The notes under the pieces: model-generated | What the model was told of the DNA's origin: nothing | Seen by the model: the letters and a program-made list of their open reading frames with translations, nothing else | The model's database searches: none | Part shown: positions 19,858 to 29,424 of the stretch, one piece after another | How the letters are laid out: each line of letters starts with the position of its first letter | Numbering within the stretch: position 1 is the first letter of the stretch | Translations under genes and position numbers: made by a program | Origin: Chitinophagales bacterium | GTDB lineage: Bacteria; Bacteroidota; Bacteroidia; Chitinophagales; UBA8649 | DNA: 64,000 nucleotides | NCBI GenBank assembly: GCA_049610685.1 | Contig: JBMYZU010000008.1 | Coordinates: 34,956 to 98,955 of the forward strand | Reading direction: 5' to 3'

Positions 19858-21294
19858 CTATTGATATTCCCAACAACCTATGTCTGGCATGCCATCTCTC
19901 GTTTGATTTCCTCTGTCTACTAAAATGCCTAGATTCTCCCCAGCGTTACGAGCAATTGATGTTTCTGTAAGCTTGAAATTTCTTAACCCTGGGTCAAGAA
20001 AGCCTGGATTTTCGTTAAGAAAACATTGGTTAGTGATTGAGGAATTAACGAGCTCTTGGCTTCTCACTAAACAATGGCTTAGCTGAATGGTAGAAGAGTC
20101 GTCTGCGATAATTTCGACTTCGTCTTGCAAGCTACCATTAATGATGCAATTGGTAAACTGCGCATTCTCTATTCCTGATGGGTGAACAGCTCCTGTACCT
20201 TGATTAGAGGCTTGATTGCTAATCCCTAAGAGGGGAGCGTCTCGGCTGCTTCCTGATATACCGCTGTTGTACATCGTGCAATGGGAGAAAGTATAGTCCC
20301 CGCCAATGGCAAGGCTTATAAGCTGTCCACCAGCGCTAAAAAATTCACAATTTACCGCATTGATGGTCGAGTTGAGCGCTAAGAGGGCACTTATCTGCGC
20401 ATTTTTTACCGTTACTCGATTGAGATTGATAAGTGGTCGACCGGCATCATCAGTAAAACCTGAAAAGTCATTGGCAAGGGCAAATCGTCCCATAATCCCA
20501 TAACTAGACTCATTGATTATAGTATGCTCTATGTTGGCTGTCGATCCACCGAACAAGACGATTCCAAACCACTGCCCTGGCAAATCATCGAGTGGAAAAG
20601 CAGGAGGATTTTCTATGCGATTGGATTGTATGATTACTGAATCTTGACTTGATGCATCACCAATGGTTAGATCACCATCAACGAAAATCCCTGCTCCATT
20701 TTGAACATAGATCTCACTTCCTGGCGGTATGGTTAGAGAGGAGAAAGAGTCAATTCCAAGTCCAGGGAAGCTATCGTTTCGCAAAATCACATGAGGTTTG
20801 TCTGATGCCCACGTAATGGTCTGATTTCGAAGTACTTCGCCATAGTGAAAGTAGGCATCTTGTCCCCAAGCTTGGAGAGTGGCTGATCGAATAGTAGTTC
20901 CGATTCGACAGTCAATTTGGTCGTATATAACCAGCGGGTTTGATGTGTTGTTTGGGTCAACCGTTACTTCAGCAAAAATGTAAATAGAGTCTTTCGAAGG
21001 AATTAAGACATTGCTGACTTGATTACCTGGAAGTCCGTCGATATTTAATCGAAAGGCACCATTGGCCTGATCCACTAAGCGAATCTCGTCAAGCAACATG
21101 TCGCGATTGGTAGGATTGTACACGGTTATCCAGCGGGTCACGGACCCTACAGTCGTAAATACTGTATCAAAAGTGAGCGTGTCTGCGCTAAACTGAAGAG
21201 ATTGTACATCACTTTCCAATATATTATCATCAGGCTTGCAGCTCCATAACAAACCGAGGGCAAGCAGTAATGTCAACAGTAGATAGCTTCTCAT
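19858..21294 (-). CDS. hypothetical lipoprotein, probably a right-handed beta-helix fold
   Basis: Signal peptide with lipobox LLWSC. The sequence is rich in G, N, S and I, with repetitive short beta-strand periodicity. The fold assignment is inference only. Confidence 0.65.
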   Translation of the reverse strand: MRSYLLLTLLLALGLLWSCKPDDNILESDVQSLQFSADTLTFDTVFTTVGSVTRWITVYNPTNRDMLLDEIRLVDQANGAFRLNIDGLPGNQVSNVLIPSKDSIYIFAEVTVDPNNTSNPLVIYDQIDCRIGTTIRSATLQAWGQDAYFHYGEVLRNQTITWASDKPHVILRNDSFPGLGIDSFSSLTIPPGSEIYVQNGAGIFVDGDLTIGDASSQDSVIIQSNRIENPPAFPLDDLPGQWFGIVLFGGSTANIEHTIINESSYGIMGRFALANDFSGFTDDAGRPLINLNRVTVKNAQISALLALNSTINAVNCEFFSAGGQLISLAIGGDYTFSHCTMYNSGISGSSRDAPLLGISNQASNQGTGAVHPSGIENAQFTNCIINGSLQDEVEIIADDSSTIQLSHCLVRSQELVNSSITNQCFLNENPGFLDPGLRNFKLTETSIARNAGENLGILVDRGNQTRDGMPDIGCWEYQ

Positions 21295-21351
21295 TTTTTT
21301 GCATCAATCAACCCATAAAGTACGAATCTTTTTAAAGGAAATTGTGGTAAT

Positions 21352-22047
21352 CTAGGCGGCAAAGGCAAGAGCGGCAGCATAGATATCCTTCGAAAAAACG
21401 CTACGCAGTGCTTCGGCGCAATGCCTGATTGTTGATGTTGAGGTAATTACATCATCAATCAGGATGATTACGTCAGGATTTTTAGTTAATGGTTTGGCTT
21501 TAAAGCTTTCTGCTAATCGATGATATCGTTGATTAAAGTCAGCACTGGTCTGACTTTTGCTATGCTTTATTCTGACGAGTAAGGAATCACATACAATCAC
21601 TGTATCGCCAAGAATTTCTTGAATGCCATAAGCTATGTGCAGCGGTGCATTATACCCGCGTTTTCTCTCTCGTCGTCTGTGCATAGGGACCGGAACAAGC
21701 AGAGATAACTTGTTATCGGAGTAGCCTTCTAAACGTCGCAAAAGTATCCCAAGGTGTCGTCCCCAGTACTTCGCTAAATGTTCTCCATTATGGTACTTTA
21801 TTCTATGAATGAGATGTTGCGAAACACCGTGTTGCTCAAAGTACATTAAGGCAAGACCATGGGTTACAGGGGTGTTGTGCTTGACCAATCTCCGAGTGAG
21901 TTCATGGTCAAATCCCTTGACTAAGACTTCAATGGTGTTTAGGCAATGGACGCATAGTCCTGCATCAGGGCTTGTAAGGCTTGCATGGCATGAAACACAG
22001 GTGTGCGGTATAACGAGGTCAATACTGTCCTTAATCCATTGAACCAT
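21352..22047 (-). CDS. comF: ComF family protein (phosphoribosyltransferase-like)
   Basis: N-terminal double CxxC (CVSC ... CVHC) and a C-terminal PRTase motif VIILIDDVITSTST. Confidence 0.88.
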   Translation of the reverse strand: MVQWIKDSIDLVIPHTCVSCHASLTSPDAGLCVHCLNTIEVLVKGFDHELTRRLVKHNTPVTHGLALMYFEQHGVSQHLIHRIKYHNGEHLAKYWGRHLGILLRRLEGYSDNKLSLLVPVPMHRRRERKRGYNAPLHIAYGIQEILGDTVIVCDSLLVRIKHSKSQTSADFNQRYHRLAESFKAKPLTKNPDVIILIDDVITSTSTIRHCAEALRSVFSKDIYAAALAFAA

Positions 22048-22103
22048 AGATCAAAGTTGATTCATGGTGCTTTTATTGTTTGATTGGATTATCATTAAAC
22101 AGC

Positions 22104-23465
22104 CTAGTCGATTAACTCGCGTATATGGCTGATTAACTGCAAGCTTAAAGCGCCTTTGTAATCACTAAGTGCTTTTTTGTGTTGTGCAGAAGTTACAAAG
22201 GTTGTCATTCCTCTCTTCTCTGCTTCAACTACTCGCTGGAGTATTCTTGAAACCGGACGAACTTCTCCACTGAGTCCAACCTCCCCACAGAAAACGGCCT
22301 TTTTGGGCATTGTGAATTGTTCAATGCAAGAGGATAAGAAGGAGGCAATTACTGCTAAGTCAGCTCCTGGATCGGTTACTTTAATACCCCCTGCAATATT
22401 TAGGAATACATCTTTGGCTCCAATGGGAAATTGAATACGTTTTTCAAATACGGCGATGAGCATATGTAATCTTCGGTTGTCAAAACCAGTACTTGAACGT
22501 TGGGGTGTGCCATAATAAGAAGGACTTACAAGGGATTGGGTTTCGATTAACAGGGGGCGAATTCCTTCAAGTATGCAGCCTGTTGAAACACCTTCTCGTT
22601 GACCGTCTTGACTCGAAAGCATTATCGAGGTTGGATCGGTTACTGCATGTAAACCACTTGATTGCATTTCATAGATGCCTAACTCTGCTGCAGGCCCAAA
22701 ACGATTTTTTTGGCTCCTAAGAATTCGGTGGGCATGGTGTTGATCTCCTTCAAATTGAAGTACGGTATCCACAATATGTTCTAAGACCTTAGGCCCTGCC
22801 AATTGACCATCCTTGGTGATGTGACCAATGAGGATTACCGCAATGCCATGCCGTTTAGCAAAGCGCTGAAACTCACCTGCACACTCCCGAATCTGGCTCA
22901 TGCTCCCAGGCAAGGCATCAATCGTAGGGGATTGCATGGTTTGAATTGAATCGATAACCAATAAGTCGACCTTCTGCGTTTTAATCTCTTGAAAAATTTT
23001 AGAGGTATTTGTTTCGGCCAGCAACAGGCAATTTGTCGCAGAATACTTCATTCGATCTGCCCGGCCTTTAATTTGAACGAGGCTCTCTTCACCGCTGACA
23101 TAAAGCACCTTCTGAGGGAAGTGCAAGGCGATTTGAAGGAGTAGGGTAGATTTTCCAATACCGGGTTCTCCGCCGATTAAGGTAATCGAACCAGGCATTA
23201 TACCACCGCCAACTACTCGATTAAATTCTTCATCATGACTTTTGAGCCGAGGAACTTCCTTTGCATTTATCACGTCAATAGGTATCGCACGATTAGGTCC
23301 TTGTTCAGAAAGTTGGGCAAGTCCTTGATTAGTCTCTTTGTCCGATTTATGAATTTCAGTTTCTTGGAATGTATTCCATGCCTTGCATGAAGGACACTTT
23401 CCCATCCACTTCGCTGACTCGTAAGAGCAGGCTTCACATATATAAATCGTTCTAGATTTTGCCAT
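22104..23465 (-). CDS. radA: DNA repair protein RadA/Sms
   Basis: Zinc finger CEACSYESAKWMGKCPSC, Walker A GEPGIGKST, the KNRFG motif (QKNRFGP) and a Lon-like C-terminal domain. Confidence 0.97.
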   Translation of the reverse strand: MAKSRTIYICEACSYESAKWMGKCPSCKAWNTFQETEIHKSDKETNQGLAQLSEQGPNRAIPIDVINAKEVPRLKSHDEEFNRVVGGGIMPGSITLIGGEPGIGKSTLLLQIALHFPQKVLYVSGEESLVQIKGRADRMKYSATNCLLLAETNTSKIFQEIKTQKVDLLVIDSIQTMQSPTIDALPGSMSQIRECAGEFQRFAKRHGIAVILIGHITKDGQLAGPKVLEHIVDTVLQFEGDQHHAHRILRSQKNRFGPAAELGIYEMQSSGLHAVTDPTSIMLSSQDGQREGVSTGCILEGIRPLLIETQSLVSPSYYGTPQRSSTGFDNRRLHMLIAVFEKRIQFPIGAKDVFLNIAGGIKVTDPGADLAVIASFLSSCIEQFTMPKKAVFCGEVGLSGEVRPVSRILQRVVEAEKRGMTTFVTSAQHKKALSDYKGALSLQLISHIRELID

Positions 23466-23486
23466 TACGTGCTAAGGTAATTGAAT

Positions 23487-25550
23487 CTACCGTATAGGAT
23501 ATGCCCAAAACTCAGTGCGACGATTAAGTTGTCGTCCTTCGCGATTATCCCGTCCATTGGGTAGTTTGTTTGGAGCCACTGGATATTGTTCTCCAAGTCC
23601 AACCCATCGCATGCGATCTTTTGGGAAGCCAAGATCAGTTAGCAGATAGTTGTAGACGCTTTGGCTTCGTCTTTCTGAAAGCGATTGATTATAACGATCA
23701 GTTCCCATGGCATCTGTATGGGAGGTAATTGTTATTCCAAAGGTTGGGTTTTGACCTAGAAAGTTGTAGACCTTTTTAATAGAATCAATAGCATCTGCCC
23801 GAAGCATATGTCGGTCAAAGTCCCAATACACGGTGGCGACTAAGAAGCTATCAGGATTAAACCTTGAATCGATTTTTTGAAGCTCAAGTTCAACATATAA
23901 GGTGTCGCTGAATTGAGCCTTTCGAGGTCGCTCGAGCGAGAAAGAAACTGAATCATCGCTGTAACCTGTCTTTTCAGCGGTGACCATATATTGATTTCTA
24001 AATTCAATGTTGTAGTTAAAATTCCCATTTGGCGACAAGTTGCCATCTAGAGGTAGCGTGTCTTGTTCTGCGCGATAAAGGGTGATCTCCACACTATCAA
24101 GCGATACTCGACCTTCGTTGTTCACCGTGTAGGTTTGTCCAATCACGGTTAACCTTCTCTCTGTCGTGTTTAACATGAAGATGTCATCGCAACAATGCGG
24201 ATTTCTCATACTTAAACTACTGTCACGATTGGATGCAATCGCACCAAACTGTCCATTAGGACTAATATGAAGTCCATAATCGTCATAGGATGAATTAACA
24301 GGTTTAAGTAGGTTTTCAACCTCGCCGAATGTCTCGTTGTCTGCATTGTAAGGGCTGGTAAACATATCTAGTCCTCCAAACCCGTAATAGCCCTCGGAGG
24401 CAAAAAATAAGCAGTTGTTTTCTAAATCAAAATAAGCCGTACGTTCATCAAAGAATGTGTTAATCTTTGGTCCGAGATTAACAGGAACGGCGAAACCTCC
24501 ATCGGCTAACTTATCGGCATAATATAGGTCGTATCCTCCGTATCCTCCTGGTCTGTTTGATGTGAAATATAAACGACCATAACTTCCTTGAGCTGCAAAG
24601 AAAGGTTCTGTTGCTGAGCTTCCACTTAAATTGATGGACGGGCCTAATTTCCGAAGCGAATCTTGCAAGTTCTCATAAATGACACATTCACTGTTAAGCA
24701 TTGAATCCAGTATACAATGGGTAAAATATGAGGGGGTATTCACTCCTGAAGCATAATTACCTATGTGCAGCATTAGGGAATCAGTGCCATTCAAGGAAAA
24801 CGTTTCGCTTCCCTGCCAAGAAGTGTCTTGACGCGTAGTGATTCGAACCTGAGAGGGGTAATCAGCCTCATTTTTGGAGAGGTAAGGCACCTCTTTGGTA
24901 TTTCTAAGTTGAGAATAGGTGAGCGTGCTATTGGATGTAAAGTGCGGGCGGTAGTCACTTGATAGGCCATTAACACTACTGTCTAAATGATAGGCACGCC
25001 ACAAAACCTTATCGCTTTCTTCTTTTTCTTGATTTAACGCCCATTGACAACTTTGCATACGGTGTATGGCCAAGGCATTTTCATAGGCCAGGCTTTTGTA
25101 GCGTTTACCTATTTCTACAAACTTCGAAAACTCTTCTAAAGCCTCCGAATATTCTCCTTGAAACATGAGCACACTGGATAGCATAAACCCATGCAAGACA
25201 TATACTCGATCTCGATTTATGTTTCGCAGGCTATCGAGATAGATCTTTGCTTGATCATAGTCACGTATGATAAAGTTGGCTTTCGCAAGGGCATAGAGCA
25301 TATCTGCTGTACGCTTTTTCCCTTTTACTTTGTTGAGTGCCGTTTCAAAGTAGTGTAAGGAGGCATAGGGTGATCCCTCTTCAAACAACTGGTTACCTGC
25401 TTTTTTTAGCGCTTTGTAATGGTAGGAAGACAGGGTGTCTTCTTCTTGCGTTGTACTATCTATAATGAATTCTTCTTGGGCCCAAAGCAGGATAGGGGAA
25501 AGAAGTGCGAATCCCGCAATCAATAAGCTATGTCGTAAAATTTGAAACAT
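23487..25550 (-). CDS. OmpA-family protein with TPR, PD40/TolB-like and OmpA_C domains
   Basis: Signal peptide, then TPR-like helices, then PD40-like repeats (SNRPGGYGGYDLYYA, ASEGYYGFGGLDMF). The C-terminal OmpA peptidoglycan-binding motif is TSHTDAMGTDRYNQSLSERR...NRRTEF. Confidence 0.88.
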   Translation of the reverse strand: MFQILRHSLLIAGFALLSPILLWAQEEFIIDSTTQEEDTLSSYHYKALKKAGNQLFEEGSPYASLHYFETALNKVKGKKRTADMLYALAKANFIIRDYDQAKIYLDSLRNINRDRVYVLHGFMLSSVLMFQGEYSEALEEFSKFVEIGKRYKSLAYENALAIHRMQSCQWALNQEKEESDKVLWRAYHLDSSVNGLSSDYRPHFTSNSTLTYSQLRNTKEVPYLSKNEADYPSQVRITTRQDTSWQGSETFSLNGTDSLMLHIGNYASGVNTPSYFTHCILDSMLNSECVIYENLQDSLRKLGPSINLSGSSATEPFFAAQGSYGRLYFTSNRPGGYGGYDLYYADKLADGGFAVPVNLGPKINTFFDERTAYFDLENNCLFFASEGYYGFGGLDMFTSPYNADNETFGEVENLLKPVNSSYDDYGLHISPNGQFGAIASNRDSSLSMRNPHCCDDIFMLNTTERRLTVIGQTYTVNNEGRVSLDSVEITLYRAEQDTLPLDGNLSPNGNFNYNIEFRNQYMVTAEKTGYSDDSVSFSLERPRKAQFSDTLYVELELQKIDSRFNPDSFLVATVYWDFDRHMLRADAIDSIKKVYNFLGQNPTFGITITSHTDAMGTDRYNQSLSERRSQSVYNYLLTDLGFPKDRMRWVGLGEQYPVAPNKLPNGRDNREGRQLNRRTEFWAYPIR

Positions 25551-25551
25551 G

Positions 25552-26562
25552 TTAAAATCTAGGACAGAAGTAAAGTTTGTCTAGGTTGTCCAGGTATCGC
25601 ACTTGATGAACATACCGTAGACTTAATTCGAGTCCCCCCGCATGGTCTGGTTGATTCTGAAAATCAGATATTGTGTAGTCGTAGGATAAGCCTGCTCGTA
25701 TACGCTTATGGTCTAAGCCAATGTAAGGAATTACTGCATCGCCTCGAAGTTGCTGTATCCAATCATTGGACCGCACATAAACTCCGGTGGTTATGGATGT
25801 CACATCATTCATTTGATAAAGTATCGCCATACCAGCATTTAATTGGTCTACATTGAGCTGACGCATAAAAACAAAAGAAGGAAGCAGGCGAAACTGAGGT
25901 GAGATCTCAACTTCTGAACCAATTTGCACACTGTATCGAAGATTGTGCATGGCGGCCAAATCTTGGATGTTTATAGTGCTTTGAGCAAGGTTGTAGAGCG
26001 TAAGTCCGCTGTACATTCTCCACTTGGGAAGAATTTTACCAGTGTAGAATACCCCTGCATTGACATCCATAACGAAGGTATTGAAGGCATTTATTGACTG
26101 TTGACCACTTCCAAGTAAATCACTTGCAAACTGCATGTCATCCGAAAAGTTTCTCGACCAACAATAGGGTTCTAAGCCAAAGGATATTTGATGGTCATTA
26201 TTTAGTCTTCTTAAGTAGCTCAGTGAGATCGCTCCATGAAAATCATTGAGTAGGCCACCACCACTTTGGTCATTAAGCAAGGTAGCTCCGATACCGATTC
26301 CTGACCGAGAATTACCAAATTGAATCGGCATATCAAATGTTAGTCCCGGGGTGGAAAAGGCTGGTTTGCCAAAGTTTCCCGTATTCCACCATTGGTTGCG
26401 ATAGATTCCTTGAACACGAAACTCGCCGTTAACAAGCCCCGTCATAGCCGGGTTTGTCGTTAGAGGCATATTGTAGTATTGAGAAAAGTGTATGTCCTGA
26501 GCAACGGAGGAGGAGACTCCCAAAGACCAATAGGCTATCAGTATGTATAGAATTCGTTTCAT
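25552..26562 (-). CDS. type IX secretion system membrane protein, PorP/SprF family
   Basis: Signal peptide followed by QDIHFSQYYNMPLTTNPAMTG, the characteristic PorP/SprF N-terminus. The rest is beta-barrel-like and ends in an aromatic residue. There is a 2-nt gap to the upstream cargo gene. Confidence 0.87.
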   Translation of the reverse strand: MKRILYILIAYWSLGVSSSVAQDIHFSQYYNMPLTTNPAMTGLVNGEFRVQGIYRNQWWNTGNFGKPAFSTPGLTFDMPIQFGNSRSGIGIGATLLNDQSGGGLLNDFHGAISLSYLRRLNNDHQISFGLEPYCWSRNFSDDMQFASDLLGSGQQSINAFNTFVMDVNAGVFYTGKILPKWRMYSGLTLYNLAQSTINIQDLAAMHNLRYSVQIGSEVEISPQFRLLPSFVFMRQLNVDQLNAGMAILYQMNDVTSITTGVYVRSNDWIQQLRGDAVIPYIGLDHKRIRAGLSYDYTISDFQNQPDHAGGLELSLRYVHQVRYLDNLDKLYFCPRF

Positions 26563-26564
26563 GG

Positions 26565-27860
26565 TTATCGAACAAGAATGATATTGCCGTTTATTGGCCC
26601 AATTTGGCCACCACTGTTATCAATCAAGGTTGCAAGGTAGACGTAATTTCCGGCCTGTTGGAGCTCGCCCCGGAAGGTCCCATCCCAAGAATCCCCTCCA
26701 TCTCTTTCGGAATCATACACCAAAGTTCCCCAGCGGTTAAATACCTGTAATTGTAAAATATCAACCGTGCCGAGGTAGTCGATAACCGTGAAATTTTGGT
26801 TTTCGGGAAAAGGACTTTGGGGGTCAAATGCCGTTGGGAATTCAAAGTCAATTTCATCGGCAACCTTTAGCAGGATATGGGCATTATTGCCGTTGTATAG
26901 CCATGAATTGGTAGCAATGGCCTCTAAGCCATCCAATACGAAATCTGCACCATCAAAGGTTTTTTTCCATTGCTCTGAGGTAGACGTATTTGTTATCCAT
27001 TGTCCAATGTCTTCCCAGGTTCCTTCCGTGGCAGATTCGTAGGCTATGGCTAGGGCTCCTGTGGCATCATTGCCATCGCTTGATTCTATTAAATGAAAAA
27101 ATCTACTATTAAGGTCTTCAATATCTATAGCTTTTTGTGATAATGGTTTACCCTCAAGACCTGCATCAAGGTATGCCAGTCGCCCTTCTATAGAATGGTT
27201 GTTGTCTGTTGAAATCAGTAGAGGTCGATAATAAAGCGTTTGAAGATCTTGTTGACCGAGCGGGTAGATGTAGGACAAGCCGGCAGCTGTTTTTCTTACA
27301 AGCCGACCATTGCCCGTGGAACTCACAAATCCACTGTCAATTACATAAAGAATGGCATCTTCTGCATCGGAGTCAACATAGGCTTTTTGCTCTTTTGTGG
27401 CTAACTCGTTGATCGTGAGATTTAGCTCATGCACAATACGCGCATCGATTCCATCAAGCTCTTTTACTCCATTACCTGTTAAATCTAAATCATAAAATGT
27501 CGTCACAGAACTTCCTGTAATCTGCTGGTTTCCGCCATAGAGCGTTGTGCGGGAGTTGCCAGCGATAAAGTCAGCATTATTATCCCACGTTCCTAACACT
27601 TGATAGGCAGGTTGTTCATTGATTAGATTATTTGATTCTACACTATCATTAAGCACAAAATCACCATTGATCGTTAGCCTTCCATCATTATGTAGAAAGC
27701 CCCTGTTGTTAATGAAGTTTCCATTGTTTACAACAACTTGGATTCCCTCATTTATATGAATGTCCTGTCCATTGTTCCATACGACAAAGGATTGGCCCTT
27801 TAGCGAACCACTTAAAAAAAGGGTGACGCAAAGCCCATAATATATCAAACTACGCTTCAT
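26565..27860 (-). CDS. T9SS type-B sorting domain (gliding-motility C-terminal domain) protein of unknown function
   Basis: Signal peptide and a C-terminal type-B sorting domain (CTD): VFNRWGTLVYDS...WDGTFRGELQQAGNYVYLATL...GNIILVR. Confidence 0.85.
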   Translation of the reverse strand: MKRSLIYYGLCVTLFLSGSLKGQSFVVWNNGQDIHINEGIQVVVNNGNFINNRGFLHNDGRLTINGDFVLNDSVESNNLINEQPAYQVLGTWDNNADFIAGNSRTTLYGGNQQITGSSVTTFYDLDLTGNGVKELDGIDARIVHELNLTINELATKEQKAYVDSDAEDAILYVIDSGFVSSTGNGRLVRKTAAGLSYIYPLGQQDLQTLYYRPLLISTDNNHSIEGRLAYLDAGLEGKPLSQKAIDIEDLNSRFFHLIESSDGNDATGALAIAYESATEGTWEDIGQWITNTSTSEQWKKTFDGADFVLDGLEAIATNSWLYNGNNAHILLKVADEIDFEFPTAFDPQSPFPENQNFTVIDYLGTVDILQLQVFNRWGTLVYDSERDGGDSWDGTFRGELQQAGNYVYLATLIDNSGGQIGPINGNIILVR

Positions 27861-27936
27861 TACCTTGTTTCAATATACCAATTTCTAATTTGAATAACCT
27901 AAAGCACAGAGTTGTACTTTTGCCTTGGTAGAGACT

Positions 27937-28809
27937 ATGAAGGAAGAATCTAAACATAGGGAAGAAGAGGATTTAAATGCGCCGAGCCATCATGCTCAAG
28001 AAGAAGAAATGACCTTCTTTGATCATTTAAATGTTCTGCGTAGGCATTTATTCCGCATGGTTATCGCTCTTTCTGTTTGCTCGATAGCTGTTTTTGCAGG
28101 GGGTACTGTCGTATTTGACACGGTTGTCTTGGCGCCAACAAAGTCAGATTTTCTGACATTCCGTGGACTGTGCCATGTTATTCAATGGTTTCAAGGTGAA
28201 GGGGTAGGTTGCTTTTCTTTTGATCCACTCGTTCTTATTGCAACAGGTGTTTCTGACCAATTTCTTCTTCATTTTAAAGCTTCTTTTTATATGGGGTTTG
28301 CCTTGGCTTTCCCCTACTTTATCTATGAAGTATGGCGTTTTGTAAGTCCCGGGCTTTATCAAAAAGAGCGCAAAACTGCCGCACGAGCTATAGGATGGAG
28401 CGGCCTCTTATTTTATGTTGGCGTTGCTTTTGGATACTTCTTTCTTGTGCCTTTTGCGATTTACTTTTTTGCCAATTATCAAATTAGCGGACAGATTCAA
28501 AATACATTTACTATCGGAAACATATTAGGTTTTATGTCAACCATGACCTTATTGACCGGACTGCTGTTTCAGTTACCAATTCTAGGATATATATTGGGAA
28601 GAATAGGTGCGGTAACCGCAGGTTTTGCTCGAAGAAACCGTCGTTATGCAACGGTGATCATCTTTATTCTAGCTGCTATCATTACCCCTTCTGATCCGGG
28701 TACAATGTTTTTAGTAGCTGTTCCCCTCTTACTCCTTTACGAGGTGACTATTTTAGTGATTGCTACCACTGGAAAGTCACGGGATGCATCTCCTTTAAAG
28801 GAGGAATAA
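27937..28809 (+). CDS. tatC: twin-arginine translocase subunit TatC
   Basis: MTFFDHLNVLRRHL at the start of the conserved core and six predicted TM helices, with PGLY..E after TM2. I used the ATG at 27937; the track start at 27925 is a TTG. Confidence 0.9.
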   Translation: MKEESKHREEEDLNAPSHHAQEEEMTFFDHLNVLRRHLFRMVIALSVCSIAVFAGGTVVFDTVVLAPTKSDFLTFRGLCHVIQWFQGEGVGCFSFDPLVLIATGVSDQFLLHFKASFYMGFALAFPYFIYEVWRFVSPGLYQKERKTAARAIGWSGLLFYVGVAFGYFFLVPFAIYFFANYQISGQIQNTFTIGNILGFMSTMTLLTGLLFQLPILGYILGRIGAVTAGFARRNRRYATVIIFILAAIITPSDPGTMFLVAVPLLLLYEVTILVIATTGKSRDASPLKEE

Positions 28810-28860
28810 AATGTGGACTATTTTCCTCATTGAGCAAAAGGTTCACGTTATATTTTCAAC

Positions 28861-29295
28861 ATGAAAGTTTCAATTGCCTCTGATCATGCAGGATTTACGT
28901 TAAAAAAAGGCTGTATTGATTACCTTGAATCCGCTGGCTACACGGTTCAAGACTTTGGGCCGCATAGCGATGAATCGGTTGACTATCCCGACTTTGCTCA
29001 TCAAGTAGCTGCTCAAGTAGCAAAGGATTCATCCGTGGTAGGCATATTGATTTGCGGCAGTGCAAATGGAGTGGCCATGACTGCCAACAAGTATCAAGAA
29101 GTTAGAGCTTGCCTTTCTTGGAGTCATGAGATAGCGGAGCTTGGACGTTTGCATAATAATGCAAACATCTTGTGTTTACCTGCCCGATTTATGTCAGATG
29201 ATGAGGCTTTTCGTTGCCTAGATGTTTTTCTGAATACTCCTTTTGAAGGGGGGAGGCATGAGCGTCGCGTGTCAAAAATCAAGTGCTGTATTTGA
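28861..29295 (+). CDS. rpiB: ribose 5-phosphate isomerase B
   Basis: MKVSIASDHAGFTLK, ILICGSANGVAMTANK and NNANILCLPARF are typical of RpiB/LacAB. Confidence 0.93.
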   Translation: MKVSIASDHAGFTLKKGCIDYLESAGYTVQDFGPHSDESVDYPDFAHQVAAQVAKDSSVVGILICGSANGVAMTANKYQEVRACLSWSHEIAELGRLHNNANILCLPARFMSDDEAFRCLDVFLNTPFEGGRHERRVSKIKCCI

Positions 29296-29424
29296 TTTAA
29301 ATCCTTATTTACTCTGATTTTTAGTGGCTTTTCGTTACTTTTAAAGGCTCGCTACGTATACGAAGAAATGTGATATGTAATGTGCCTATTGTTGAGGTCA
29401 TAACATGTTCATGAAAACGTTAAC

